Positions 54,715 through 64,000 of a DNA stretch of 64,000 nucleotides are shown in pieces. Numbering within the stretch: position 1 is the stretch's first letter; each line of letters starts with the position of its first letter. The stretch covers positions 10,272 through 74,271 of the forward strand of contig VGLK01000005.1 in the NCBI GenBank assembly GCA_016866755.1. Reading direction: 5' to 3'. The stretch comes from Candidatus Saccharimonadota bacterium (GTDB taxonomy: Bacteria; Patescibacteriota; Saccharimonadia; Saccharimonadales; Saccharimonadaceae). The notes below the pieces were generated by a model. The model worked only from the letters and a program-made list of their open reading frames with translations, did no database searches and was not told where the DNA came from. The translations under genes and the position numbers were made by a program.

Positions 54715-55257
54715 ATGGGAGAGACTCAAACACTTGATGGTGTGCGTGTAGCACTGGTGGCAACTGATGGATTTGAAGATTCAGAGTTAACGCGTCCACT
54801 TGAAGCCGTTGAAGCCGCAGGCGGTGATGTGCTAGTTATCTCTGATAAATCTGGTGAAATTGTAGGAAAAAACGGTACCGCCGTGGAGGTTGAGGCGCTA
54901 TTTGATTCTGTTTCGCCCGGTGATTTTCACGCGTTACTACTTCCTGGTGGCGTACAAAACCCAGACGCCCTGCGTATGAACGAGCAGGCAATTGAATTTA
55001 TAAAAACCTTTTTTACCGACAAAAAACCGGTGGCTGCGATTTGTCATGCGCCTTGGTTATTAGCTGAAGCCGATGTACTTGAGGGAAGGACTATCACCTC
55101 GTGGCGAAGCATAAAAACCGATGTGATTAACGCTGGCGCTCATTGGGTAGATGAGCCGGTAGTAGTAGATGATCTGTTAGTTACGAGCCGTAAGCCAGAT
55201 GACTTAAGTGACTTTTGCGACTCGATGGTAGAGGTTTTTGGGTCGCAAACACAGTAA
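54715..55257 (+). CDS. DJ-1/PfpI-family protein
   Basis: VAAICHAPWLL nucleophile elbow; GAGGAGG SD. Confidence 0.85.
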   Translation: MGETQTLDGVRVALVATDGFEDSELTRPLEAVEAAGGDVLVISDKSGEIVGKNGTAVEVEALFDSVSPGDFHALLLPGGVQNPDALRMNEQAIEFIKTFFTDKKPVAAICHAPWLLAEADVLEGRTITSWRSIKTDVINAGAHWVDEPVVVDDLLVTSRKPDDLSDFCDSMVEVFGSQTQ

Positions 55258-55264
55258 CGCCTAC

Positions 55265-55966
55265 ATGCCAAAACGTCGCCACATTTCAACCACGCAACGG
55301 CGCAACATTATTATTGCAATTGTTAGTGCTGTGGTAGCAATTATTGTTATATGGGGAACACTACTTATGAATACTGCATCATCAGGTACGCCACTTACCT
55401 ACCGCACTAGCGGCGTAACAATTTCGTGGTTGCCCGAATCTGTTTCGCGCTGGAATAATCAGATTAAGCAATATGCCCAAAGCTATAACGTAGATGCGAA
55501 CCTTGTGGCTATTCTTATGACGCTGGAATCGGGTGGTTACTCGCGCGCCGACAGTGGAGTGGCAAGAGGTTTGATGCAGGTAACAGACTATACGGGTGGC
55601 GACATTGCAAGCAAATACCTTAACCAGCCGGTAGTAGAATTTGACTTATTTAAGCCAGAGACCAGCATAGAGTTTGGAACTGCTTACATTAGATACCTTC
55701 GAGACACGCTGTGTGTGCCGCAAGAGTCGTTGTCGATTAACGAATGCGTAGAGTTAATTGCGGCAGGCTACAATGGCGGTCCGGGTGCGGCAGGAGCGCT
55801 GTATCGTGGCGAAGGGTTAAAGAGTGTTGAAACTTTAAGCTATAGCCGTGACGCGATGAATATGTGGCGAGAACGAAATGCAGGAGAGAGTGTAACGTAT
55901 ACCCGCTGGTTTGACCGCGGTGGACGTTCGCTTGTTTTGGCGGCGCGTGATGAAGAAATGCAGTAA
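55265..55966 (+). CDS. membrane-anchored lytic transglycosylase (SLT domain)
   Basis: LMTLESGG, GLMQV, AGYNGGPG; N-terminal TM helix. Confidence 0.8.
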   Translation: MPKRRHISTTQRRNIIIAIVSAVVAIIVIWGTLLMNTASSGTPLTYRTSGVTISWLPESVSRWNNQIKQYAQSYNVDANLVAILMTLESGGYSRADSGVARGLMQVTDYTGGDIASKYLNQPVVEFDLFKPETSIEFGTAYIRYLRDTLCVPQESLSINECVELIAAGYNGGPGAAGALYRGEGLKSVETLSYSRDAMNMWRERNAGESVTYTRWFDRGGRSLVLAARDEEMQ

Positions 55967-56103
55967 AAAAACACCCCGCTAGTGACACATCCTAGTACTC
56001 GCACCGCAGGCGATTTACAAGGAGACATTAGCGACACCACTGGGGGTGCGAGGTGTTCCTGAAGATCAACCCATGGGAATACATAAAGGTCTCGAGCGGG
56101 GAA

Positions 56104-56505
56104 CTAGTGGGAAACCGTGTAGCTGAACTTGAACGTGACGCTGTCGTAGGTGTGCGGGTCGTACTTCTCCGGCTCCCACTTGGTGATGGTGATGGCGGTC
56201 TTGTCGAGCTTGAGCGGCAGCGCAGCAGTGCTAAGGCGCTTGATGATCTCGTGCTTGAGCGGCGGCAGCATGTCCCTCTCGAAACGCGACCGCTTGATGC
56301 CCTTGGGCACGTGGTGGTAGGTGAAGAGAACTTCGAACTTGCCATCGGTACGTACGTTGTTGATGCTGCGGCGAAGGCTCTTGGTGCGATCAGCCACACG
56401 AATGGCGATGATGGGCACGTGCGTGTCCCGCCATACCGTGAACGACTGGGCGCGCTTATTTCTGCTGTTCGGCGACAGCAGGTCTTTCATGTCACGAGCA
56501 CGCAT
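56104..56505 (-). CDS. hypothetical protein, high-GC xenologue
   Basis: 133 aa; strongly G/C-ending codons in this frame only; AGGAGA SD; AT-rich native-looking upstream region. Confidence 0.65.
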   Translation of the reverse strand: MRARDMKDLLSPNSRNKRAQSFTVWRDTHVPIIAIRVADRTKSLRRSINNVRTDGKFEVLFTYHHVPKGIKRSRFERDMLPPLKHEIIKRLSTAALPLKLDKTAITITKWEPEKYDPHTYDSVTFKFSYTVSH

Positions 56506-56620
56506 GGTTTCTCCTAGAATAGGGGCAACATAGGTTGCCGATGTACACTGCCCTAAAATAAGGTGCAGATGATATATTTATAACATAAAAATACGTAAAA
56601 TACAATAGACTATAAATTAA

Positions 56621-56661
56621 GCAAAAAGCCCCGTATCTCCAAAGAGAGCCATGCGGGGCTT
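56621..56661 (-). terminator. rho-independent terminator of 56710..57075
   Basis: Minus strand AAGCCCCG..CGGGGCTTTTTG. Confidence 0.7.
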
Positions 56662-56709
56662 AATGCTCTCAATTTGGCGGTGCGGGGTGTAGTTGCTGGC
56701 TACGAGTAG

Positions 56710-57075
56710 CTAGCTGGTTACTTCAATCAGGTTTTTGCTGTGCAGGCTGAACATGTTGCTGCCATCGTCGATTACCTCAAGTGTGACTAGAGTCAACCGA
56801 ACTGGCTTACCCGCAATTACCTTGTTGATGTAGTGTACAAGGCGAACTTTCAGTCGATCCTGAAAACGCTGCTCGCTAACTACTGCGGGGTCTACTTTGG
56901 TATCAATCGGTCCAAAGTAAAGTTGGGCACTTGGATTGATGGGCGGATCTTTTTCGCCAATGTTGTACGGCGTCACGTTGGTGGCCGACAGCAAGGCAAA
57001 GCGCTTAATCTCGTCGCCCCTGCGCTGCATAAACGCGTCAATCTCATCGTCAATCTTTTGAAGGGTGATGTTCAC
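56710..57075 (-). CDS. hypothetical protein (121 aa)
   Basis: Normal-GC ORF; the C-terminal half weakly resembles that of 56104..56505 by eye. Confidence 0.6.
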   Translation of the reverse strand: MNITLQKIDDEIDAFMQRRGDEIKRFALLSATNVTPYNIGEKDPPINPSAQLYFGPIDTKVDPAVVSEQRFQDRLKVRLVHYINKVIAGKPVRLTLVTLEVIDDGSNMFSLHSKNLIEVTS

Positions 57076-57205
57076 GGCAATTCCTATTTACTACAAGAGC
57101 AATTTGCTCTGACTGAGTGAAGCAATTATTTATATTATAGCATAAATATAAAAAAAGTCCATACAGTGATTCTAATAGTGGTATTAGTGTTAAACTTAGT
57201 AGAGT

Positions 57206-58489
57206 ATGAACGAAATTATCTGTCCACATTGTAAAAAAGCATTTAAAGTAGATGAGTCTGGGTTTGCGGATATTTTAAAGCAGGTACGTGACGAGGAATT
57301 TAGTAGGGAATTGCATGAGCGTGTGGCGCTTTTAGAGCGCGAAAAGCATAGCGCGGTTGAACTTGCAGCCGAGAAAACGCGCGGCGAATTGGCGGCAGAT
57401 ATTGCAAAACGTGACGCCGAAATTGCCGATCTTACTGCGCGAGCAACCGCTAAAATTAATGCGCTCGAAGCCCAGGCTCGCTTAAACACGGCTCAACTAA
57501 GTGCCCAAAAAGACGCCGAGTTAGCTGAATTAAAGGCCAGGCTACAATCTATTGAGAGCGAAAAGCAATTGGCGCTTTCGGAAGCGGTATATAAGGTGGA
57601 AAAAGAGCGCGACGAACTGGCGGGCGAGTTAAAGAATAAAGAGGCGGAGAAGCAGCTAGCCGAGGCATCGCTCCGGCGTGAGTTTGAAAATGAACTTAAA
57701 ACTAAAGAAGAAATGATTGCCTACTATAAAGATATGAAGGCAAAACTTTCTACTAAAATGGTGGGCGAAACACTCGAACAGCACTGCGAAATTGAGTTTA
57801 ATAAACTGCGCTCAACTGCTTTTATGGGTGCCTATTTTGAAAAGGACAACGATGCGCGATCGGGAAGTAAAGGCGATTATATTTATCGTGAAACCGATGA
57901 ACAGGATAATGAAATAATTTCAATTATGTTCGAGATGAAAAACGAAGGCGACGAAACGGCGACTAAAAAACGAAACGAAGATTTTCTAAAAGAGTTAGAT
58001 AAAGATCGTAACGAAAAAAGATGCGAATATGCTATTTTGGTAACGTTACTAGAATCTGATAATGAGCTTTATAATTCTGGTATTGTTGATGTGGCACATA
58101 AATATCCAAAAATGTATGTAATTCGTCCCCAATTTTTCATTCCAATGATTACTTTACTACGGAACGCTGCTATGAATTCTATGAAATATAAGGGCGAACT
58201 GGCGTTGGTTAAGGCGCAAAATATTGACGTAACTAATTTTGAAGAACAACTAAACGATTTTCGCGATTCTTTTGGGCGAAATTATCGGTTGGCATCGGAT
58301 AAATTTAAGGTGGCGGTTGATAGTATTGATAAATCAATTGCGCAGCTACAAAAAACTAAAGAGGCTTTGTTGTCATCTGAGAATAATTTGCGAATTGCCA
58401 ATAACAAAGCCGACGAACTTTCTGTTAAAAAACTGACTCGCAACAACCCAACTATGACGGCAAAATTTGAAGAGCAAAATAATACCTAA
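57206..58489 (+). CDS. DUF2130-family protein
   Basis: N-terminal zinc-ribbon-like ICPHCKKAF, long coiled coil, conserved C-terminal region. Confidence 0.7.
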   Translation: MNEIICPHCKKAFKVDESGFADILKQVRDEEFSRELHERVALLEREKHSAVELAAEKTRGELAADIAKRDAEIADLTARATAKINALEAQARLNTAQLSAQKDAELAELKARLQSIESEKQLALSEAVYKVEKERDELAGELKNKEAEKQLAEASLRREFENELKTKEEMIAYYKDMKAKLSTKMVGETLEQHCEIEFNKLRSTAFMGAYFEKDNDARSGSKGDYIYRETDEQDNEIISIMFEMKNEGDETATKKRNEDFLKELDKDRNEKRCEYAILVTLLESDNELYNSGIVDVAHKYPKMYVIRPQFFIPMITLLRNAAMNSMKYKGELALVKAQNIDVTNFEEQLNDFRDSFGRNYRLASDKFKVAVDSIDKSIAQLQKTKEALLSSENNLRIANNKADELSVKKLTRNNPTMTAKFEEQNNT

Positions 58490-58507
58490 AAGCTAGAGTT
58501 AACTAGA

Positions 58508-59959
58508 TTAGACCGATGTCGGCTCTGGGGAATTTGCAGGTGTTTTTACGCGCTGCGAGTGTCGGAAGAGATGAGGAAACGGCAGCATGTTGCGGCGCAT
58601 GGTAAGTTGCTTATGCAGCGGCTGACCAATCAGGCTACCAAACGAGGCGCCGGCGGCAATGGCTAACGCAATAGCAACAGCGTTAAAAAGAGTGCCTAAT
58701 CCACGGAAAAAGAATGGGTCTCCTGGTGGATAATTAATAAGTTGCATGAGTCCGTTGTAAAGGGCTAACCCAGGAACGAGCGGTAGAATTCCGGCGGCAA
58801 TCATTCCGGCTGATGGCGTACGCCACCAACGCGAGAGAAGTGAGGCGACGAGTCCGACAAAAATTGCTGCAACACCGCTGGCTGGTATGGCGGCAATTTC
58901 GTATTCACGCACGTTAAACGATATAGCTAGTCCACCGGCTGCAATTAATCCAGCCCATAATACAGCTCTAAAGTGTGTATGCGTAAAAATGGCATACGCT
59001 ACAGCAAGCACTGCGGCACCAAGTAGTTGCATATTAAGGGTGCCAGCAAGCAGCGGATCTGGCGATACGGCAATACCATAGCCAAGCTTGCGTGCCGAGT
59101 AGAGACCAATCAAAATACCAATTACAATACCGACCGTTAGCATGGCGACTTTTAATATTCGTGCTGTGGCAGTTAGGTAATACTCATCAATGGCATCTTG
59201 AATAGCACTTACAATAGTGAGGCCGGCAACTAACATAATAATTCCACCCACTACAATAAGTGTTGGATTCATGCCGCTAAAGAAATCGACGCCTTGATTA
59301 CCCAAAAATGCCACTAATGCAGCTAAAATTGTAGCGGAGGCGGCAGCAGCAATCTGGCGAAAAAAAGTTGGAATGGCACGTTTAATAAGCAGCGCTAACA
59401 CGCGGTCGATAACAATACCAATTAGAAAAGTTGTAAGAATGGCGCGCCAGTCGCGGGTGAACATAATGGCAACGCCGGCAGCCACACTGGCGTTTGCAAT
59501 CATAACAACCCACCACGGGTAAGTGCTAGGCTTTTTAATAATTGCATCAAGTTCAATCTCGGCATGATCGAGGGTAAGTCGACCCTCTTTAATGTGACGG
59601 ATAAGGCGCTGTAGGGCTTGAATCGTCATATTATTAGTGTCGCGAGCCACTACCGAACGAATAAGTGTGAGCGGTTCTTTGTCGATGCCACGGAGCTGCG
59701 AAAACATAATAAGGTTTGAGCTGATGTCTACATGCACGCGTCGGGTGCAGTAGGTTTCGGTAATGTCGAGTGCCATAGCAACTACCGAGTTGGCTGATAC
59801 TCCCATGGCGAGTAGTAATTCGGAGGTGGTCATTGCAAAGCGAATCGCACGAAGATTTGGCGTAAGATTTTCGCCGAATTTTTCAAATTGGGGGTATGCC
59901 GAGGCAACATCGGGGCTGCTAGCGTCGGTGTGTGGTCGCAGTCGGGGCCACCATTTCAT
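58508..59959 (-). CDS. threonine/serine exporter family (ThrE-like, DUF1212 plus DUF3815)
   Basis: 483 aa with about 10 TM; soluble N-terminal region then a Gly/Ala-rich TM bundle. Confidence 0.6.
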   Translation of the reverse strand: MKWWPRLRPHTDASSPDVASAYPQFEKFGENLTPNLRAIRFAMTTSELLLAMGVSANSVVAMALDITETYCTRRVHVDISSNLIMFSQLRGIDKEPLTLIRSVVARDTNNMTIQALQRLIRHIKEGRLTLDHAEIELDAIIKKPSTYPWWVVMIANASVAAGVAIMFTRDWRAILTTFLIGIVIDRVLALLIKRAIPTFFRQIAAAASATILAALVAFLGNQGVDFFSGMNPTLIVVGGIIMLVAGLTIVSAIQDAIDEYYLTATARILKVAMLTVGIVIGILIGLYSARKLGYGIAVSPDPLLAGTLNMQLLGAAVLAVAYAIFTHTHFRAVLWAGLIAAGGLAISFNVREYEIAAIPASGVAAIFVGLVASLLSRWWRTPSAGMIAAGILPLVPGLALYNGLMQLINYPPGDPFFFRGLGTLFNAVAIALAIAAGASFGSLIGQPLHKQLTMRRNMLPFPHLFRHSQRVKTPANSPEPTSV

Positions 59960-60047
59960 AAATTACGTCCTGTTTGTGTTAGATAGCCTTACTATTAGTA
60001 TAGCAAAAATAAGTTTAAATAAGTGCTGCAAGAGTTGTTATGCCGAG

Positions 60048-60085
60048 GTCTGGCGCGTCACGTAAAAATGTGTGACGCGCCAGAC
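60048..60085. terminator. perfect 14-bp inverted repeat downstream of the high-GC gene 60118..61020
   Basis: GTCTGGCGCGTCAC-10 nt-GTGACGCGCCAGAC; no U-tract on the minus strand. Confidence 0.5.
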
Positions 60086-60117
60086 AGCTCGGCGAGGGCT
60101 TGGTGTTACGACATGGG

Positions 60118-61020
60118 TTATGGAAGCCGCATGTAGGCATTCTGGTCGATGAGCGACTTAAGCTCCTCGAGCTGATCCTTCAGGCGCCAGCCATCTTTGA
60201 TGTGGTGCAGGTTGTGCAGGTCTTTCGTGTCGTCTTCTCCTCTCACGTTGATGGTGACGGTGTAGTTGTTCCATCCGAACAGACGAGAGAAAAACCCGTG
60301 CTTTACATCGACGTAGTCGAGATTGGAGATGAAGTAGGTTTTTGGCCGCTTAATGAGGAGCCACCGCAGGCTTTGGGCTTTGTCGAGGTAGATTCGAGTC
60401 GAATCGTATCCCAGCCTCCAGCCGCGATAGTTAATCTGTGTGCGGCGGATAGCGAGCCCACACACGACGCCACCAATCAGACCAACCCAGATGCCAAATG
60501 CGCTACCGGATTGATCGCCTTCGGTAAACACTGCCGACCAAAAGCTCAGCAAAAAGATGAGCGCAAACGTGGCTGCCACAACCCCCCAGCCAACCACGCG
60601 CTTCAGAAACGAGAAAATGAACTTGTTCTCGCGGTACTGGTAGGCGCGCGGTTCGGTTGAGGGCAACGATGGATCTTGCGGGTGATACGGCGACCAGCGC
60701 GAGTTTGCGACTCGGTGCTGGTGTTGTGTCGAGCTCATGCGCGACGTCTCCTCGTACGAGGCTTGGTTGTCGCGAAGGGTTGGAATCGGCTCGGTGCGCT
60801 GAGAATCACTGCTGCGCTCATACCAGGCACCGTTCACAAAAACCGCATCGGTTTCTAGAGCGCTAGCGTGCGACTGAGGCTGGACAGACTGAACGCGTGG
60901 CTCAGCCTGCTCGGCGGCCGGTGTGCTAGCCGATCTGCTAGAATCGACCGGCTCAGGCTTTGTTTCGGTTTGCTCGCGCATGTGGCGGTAGATATTTTTA
61001 ACATCGTCAAAGTATCCCAT
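60118..61020 (-). CDS. membrane protein with bacterial PH (bPH_2/YdbT-like) domain, high-GC xenologue
   Basis: Disordered N-terminus, 2 TM, C-terminal YFISNLDYVDVKHGFFSRLFGWNNYTVTINV; G/C-ending codons; ATG 61020 preceded by AAGGAG. Confidence 0.7.
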   Translation of the reverse strand: MGYFDDVKNIYRHMREQTETKPEPVDSSRSASTPAAEQAEPRVQSVQPQSHASALETDAVFVNGAWYERSSDSQRTEPIPTLRDNQASYEETSRMSSTQHQHRVANSRWSPYHPQDPSLPSTEPRAYQYRENKFIFSFLKRVVGWGVVAATFALIFLLSFWSAVFTEGDQSGSAFGIWVGLIGGVVCGLAIRRTQINYRGWRLGYDSTRIYLDKAQSLRWLLIKRPKTYFISNLDYVDVKHGFFSRLFGWNNYTVTINVRGEDDTKDLHNLHHIKDGWRLKDQLEELKSLIDQNAYMRLP

Positions 61021-61257
61021 GATACTCACACTCCTTGTGTGGTGCAAAAAAGGTTCAAACTGCATAGGTCGTAACGTCTACAATCCCTACGCTATATTAA
61101 ACTGCTAATTTGTATATTTGTAAAACATAAGCCTAAATATTAGATACTATCTGTACTGTTGTGCATACTACATATGTATAAGAGGTGAGGTAAAAAGTTG
61201 TATTGTGCCTATGGTGAGCAGTGTGTTTAAATTTAAACATTACTAACAAGGAGAGTT

Positions 61258-62517
61258 ATGAAGCAGTGGTATAAAGTAGTAACAGCCGGTGCCGTGGCCA
61301 GTTTACTGGTGGCATTAGTAGCACCAGGTGTGAACGCAGCAGAACGAGTTTTAGAAGCTGAAAATATGTACCGCGACTATGGGTCGCAAAGTGTTTATAA
61401 TGACAGGACTGCCTCTGGTGGTAAAAAACGTATTCTATGGACAAATGGTGGAGCATGGGGATATCTTCAGGCCTCAGCAGATTTTACTACGATAGAATTT
61501 CGTGCCAAAGGTGATCACTGGGGATCGGCCTATCCACGTGTTGATGTGTGGGTAGATAGTAAATACGTTTCAAGCGTTAATCTTGATAGTCAATCTTGGA
61601 AAACCTACTCTGTAAAGGGCGACTGGAGCAAGGGTAGTCATACTGTATATTTTGAGTATCGCAACGACTACAAGCAGCGTAATGTTCACCTAGACTCAGC
61701 GGTCGCTGCTGGTATGGTAGCTCCTGAGGTACCGACTCCAGCTCCAACACCCGAGCCTACGCCAGCACCAGTTACAAACACCGGGGGAACGGGTGGCGCA
61801 AAAGCAGATCAAACCTTCCAAACCTATTCCAATGGAACGTATACGTCTCGTTACCATCTTTATGCAGCTGGCTTGGACTGGTCGAAACCAGTGGGTGCCT
61901 TAATTTACGCTGATGGTTCGGGTGAGTATGGACTAAAAAATCCATCGAGTAACTATTTGCTCTCAGGTGCAGATGGGTTGATTGCGGTAGCTAAACGTAA
62001 CAATATGATCCTTCTTACGCCGTTTGCTCCTAATACGGCATGTTCAGACGGCGACGGGTCTTGTTGGTATTTAGGCGATCCAGTTGGCTATACCAAGTGG
62101 GCCGAATCACTCGTAACTAATATTTATGGCAAATATCCAATCGACACTAACCGCGTAGCCTTTGGTGGTTACTCATCGGGGGCGCAATTAGCTACCGAGT
62201 ACTGGACACCATCTGGTGCTGCTCAGCGAACTATGACCGATGGCGTGGTGGTTGCAATTTCATACGGTGGTGCTCCACTTATGACACAAACCAGCACGGG
62301 TGCAGACTTTAAGTCTAAGGTTCACTTTAACTGGAACACTGGCGACAAGGACGAGGCCTACACGCGAACAGACAAGTATGGAGTTCAAGCTGGTTATAAC
62401 GCGTATACAAATTCTGGGTACGCAACCTCGCTCGATTTAATTCCTGGGCTTGGGCATGATCGCTGGGGGCACTTTGGGCCTGTGATGGAAGCGCAAATTA
62501 AAAAGCATATTCAGTAG
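61258..62517 (+). CDS. secreted CBM (CBM6/35-like), Pro-Thr linker, alpha/beta-hydrolase esterase
   Basis: Signal peptide; LEAENM... jelly-roll module; PTPAPTPEPTPAP linker; FGGYSSGAQ nucleophile elbow. Confidence 0.55.
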   Translation: MKQWYKVVTAGAVASLLVALVAPGVNAAERVLEAENMYRDYGSQSVYNDRTASGGKKRILWTNGGAWGYLQASADFTTIEFRAKGDHWGSAYPRVDVWVDSKYVSSVNLDSQSWKTYSVKGDWSKGSHTVYFEYRNDYKQRNVHLDSAVAAGMVAPEVPTPAPTPEPTPAPVTNTGGTGGAKADQTFQTYSNGTYTSRYHLYAAGLDWSKPVGALIYADGSGEYGLKNPSSNYLLSGADGLIAVAKRNNMILLTPFAPNTACSDGDGSCWYLGDPVGYTKWAESLVTNIYGKYPIDTNRVAFGGYSSGAQLATEYWTPSGAAQRTMTDGVVVAISYGGAPLMTQTSTGADFKSKVHFNWNTGDKDEAYTRTDKYGVQAGYNAYTNSGYATSLDLIPGLGHDRWGHFGPVMEAQIKKHIQ

Positions 62518-62569
62518 TTTAAGCATCTACATGTAAAGCAAAAAAAGGTGTAATGCCTTTTTTTGCTTT

Positions 62570-63442
62570 TTAGGTGGCCGTAAGTGCAATATAGATCAGA
62601 ACGTTGGTTACAACGGCGCCAGTAATAAGATTAAGCCAAATGAATTGCCGCCAACCGCGATTTGCTCGACCAGATTCTTTATCGGAGAGTGACACATAGG
62701 GCCAAGCCATTGCAATGTAGAGCAGGCCGCAGGCAGCAACAATTAGCGCTAGTCCACCGGCATAAATTAACAGACCAACAGCACCCACGTAGCAAAGCAC
62801 CACAAATTTCATCGTAGCGCTTGCCCCAAGTACAGTAGCTATTGAGGCAAGATTGCCAGCGCGGTCGGGAACAATATCTTGTACGGCACCAAACGCATGC
62901 GAGGCCATTCCCCACAAAAAGAATGCAGCGATAAACGGCCAGTAGTGTAGCAGCGCCGCATCGGTAAGGAGTAGTCCATAAATTAGGGGGCCGACAAAAT
63001 GGAGACTTGAGGTGATAGAATCAAGAAACGGAATTTCTTTAAACCGTAAACCTTTTAGGCTGTAGGCAACTACAAAAAACAATAGTATCGCCAGCCAAAC
63101 GTTAGCCGAGACCGAACCTTGCAGAGATAGCCACGCCACAAACGGTAGCGGCACGAGTAGTGATGCGGTGAGTATGGCATGGTGATAAGAGGTGTCGCTT
63201 AATGCACCCTCAATGCTACCTTTTCTAGGATTGCGAAGGTCTGATTCGTAATCGAATACGTCGTTCACGCCATACATAAGTAAATTATAGGCAACAAGAA
63301 AAAAGAGGCTTCCTACAACAAGTACCGCCAGGTTTGTTCCGCCACTTACTAAGTAGGCGGCTGCAAACGGAAAAGCGGTGTTAATCCACGAGATTGGTCG
63401 CGAGGTAAAAAAAAGTGTTTTAGGTAGAGTGGTTAATTTCAT
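62570..63442 (-). CDS. UbiA-family prenyltransferase (lycopene-elongase/CrtEb-like by context)
   Basis: Polytopic; NDVFDYESD Asp-rich motif; ATG 63442 preceded by AAGGAG; downstream of two lycopene-cyclase-domain genes. Confidence 0.65.
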   Translation of the reverse strand: MKLTTLPKTLFFTSRPISWINTAFPFAAAYLVSGGTNLAVLVVGSLFFLVAYNLLMYGVNDVFDYESDLRNPRKGSIEGALSDTSYHHAILTASLLVPLPFVAWLSLQGSVSANVWLAILLFFVVAYSLKGLRFKEIPFLDSITSSLHFVGPLIYGLLLTDAALLHYWPFIAAFFLWGMASHAFGAVQDIVPDRAGNLASIATVLGASATMKFVVLCYVGAVGLLIYAGGLALIVAACGLLYIAMAWPYVSLSDKESGRANRGWRQFIWLNLITGAVVTNVLIYIALTAT

Positions 63443-63755
63443 GATTCTCCTTTGTTGGTTTTGACGTAAAAGTATGCCAGAGTCCACCGGCAAGCAATAG
63501 GGCGATAATTGTATAGAAAAAATCTTCAACCGGAGCGCGCCAAGCGTAAAGCCCCAAAATATGCTCGGGGGTGTAGCGGACAATATCGAGACTGATGATA
63601 AGAGAATCGAACACTAGCGTAAGAAATAGTAGGCCAACGAGCGGTAGTAAGAGGTGACTTGGTGAAGTAAAGGCACGACGTAGCGGACGTGCAAGTAACG
63701 CAACTACAAAGGCGCTAAAAACTAGATTCAGCGTTAGGTAGGTTAACGATTCCAT
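63420..63755 (-). CDS. lycopene cyclase domain protein (CrtYf-like)
   Basis: 111 aa, 3 TM, APVEDFFYT (PxE(E/D) motif). Confidence 0.65.
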   Translation of the reverse strand: MESLTYLTLNLVFSAFVVALLARPLRRAFTSPSHLLLPLVGLLFLTLVFDSLIISLDIVRYTPEHILGLYAWRAPVEDFFYTIIALLLAGGLWHTFTSKPTKENHEINHST

Positions 63756-64000
63756 CGCTGCCCCCCTAGAAAACTTAGCAGACTTACATACGAAAGAAGC
63801 AGTAGAAAGAATAATTCTTCAAGTGGAAATTCTGGGCCCAGTACAATGCCACTTAAGTACGCCGAGTCGCCTTTGTAAAAAATATTAAAGCCTATCCCCA
63901 AAATATCCCATACAACAAACACGCTAATCATTATTGCAAGTACAAGTACGGTGCGTTTTGGCTTAAAGAATAACGCCAATTTATAACGTTTATCGAGTAC
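63743..64000 (-). CDS. lycopene cyclase domain protein (CrtYe-like), 5' end probably outside window
   Basis: FPLEELFFLLL motif; frame stays open to the window edge upstream of the TTG used in the ORF track. Confidence 0.55.
   Translation of the reverse strand, partial: VLDKRYKLALFFKPKRTVLVLAIMISVFVVWDILGIGFNIFYKGDSAYLSGIVLGPEFPLEELFFLLLLSYVSLLSFLGGQRWNR

Noticed and set aside
56028-56533. Overlapping ORFs 56028..56399 (-), 56053..56517 (+) and 56321..56533 (+)
   Set aside because: Same shadow-ORF effect in a high-GC segment. The 56104..56505 minus frame has the GC3 signature, a balanced composition and an SD.
57196-57489. 97-aa minus-strand ORF
   Set aside because: It is antisense to the coiled-coil region of the DUF2130 gene. 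The repetitive Ala/Ser/Arg composition is typical of the reverse frame of Glu/Lys/Ala-rich coding sequence.
60100-61074. Plus-strand ORFs 60100..60660, 60657..60866, 60676..60858 and 60868..61074
   Set aside because: Antisense shadow ORFs of the high-GC gene 60118..61020, with Arg/Val/Gly-rich nonsense composition.

Overview
The window reads as a low-to-mid-GC, compact bacterial genome of CPR/Patescibacteria type. A Saccharibacteria-like origin is an inference from the very large set of prepilin-type genes and the overall gene content. All product calls come from reading motifs by eye; no database search or HMM was run.

Layout:
- (1) 1-11.8 kb: surface-glycan cluster with GT4 x4, GT2, a pyruvyl transferase, a flippase-like protein, GalE, ManC, a WbaP-type priming transferase and a GT-C-like membrane protein. 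It is interrupted by a single high-GC membrane-protein gene at 7.08-7.51 kb.
- (2) 11.8-20.3 kb: 15 consecutive minus-strand type IV pilin-like paralogues. Their 5' ends are near-identical and their C-terminal domains are unrelated. One carries a LamG-like module.
- (3) 20.4-23.5 kb: a divergent Wzy_C/O-antigen-ligase-like gene and a class-A beta-lactamase-fold serine hydrolase.
- (4) tRNA-Asn(GTT) at 23528-23602, followed by about 25 kb of accreted accessory DNA. This comprises stacked tRNA-3'-end remnants, an integrase-less ArsR/P1B-ATPase metal cassette, and a 16.4 kb serine-recombinase element. The element carries a two-methylase, two-nuclease-subunit R-M system, a ParB-methylase, an ImmA/XRE switch and a tightly coupled 8-gene operon of unknown function that includes a minimal FtsK-like ATPase. 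A TM-HNH-WYL gene follows, then a string of single-gene cassettes separated by an ~80 nt repeat.
- (5) 48-64 kb: mostly housekeeping-like genes, including adjacent DedA and DUF368 genes, NUDIX, FNR-like, alpha/beta hydrolase, DJ-1, SLT, DUF2130 and ThrE. There are two further single-gene high-GC inserts (56.1-56.5 kb and 60.1-61.0 kb). The window ends in a crtYe/crtYf/crtEb-like trio.

The best candidates for something undescribed are the XRE/ImmA-controlled 8-gene operon (37.3-42.0 kb), the pilin paralogue array with evidence of gene conversion, the repeat-bounded cassette array, and the three high-GC xenologues.
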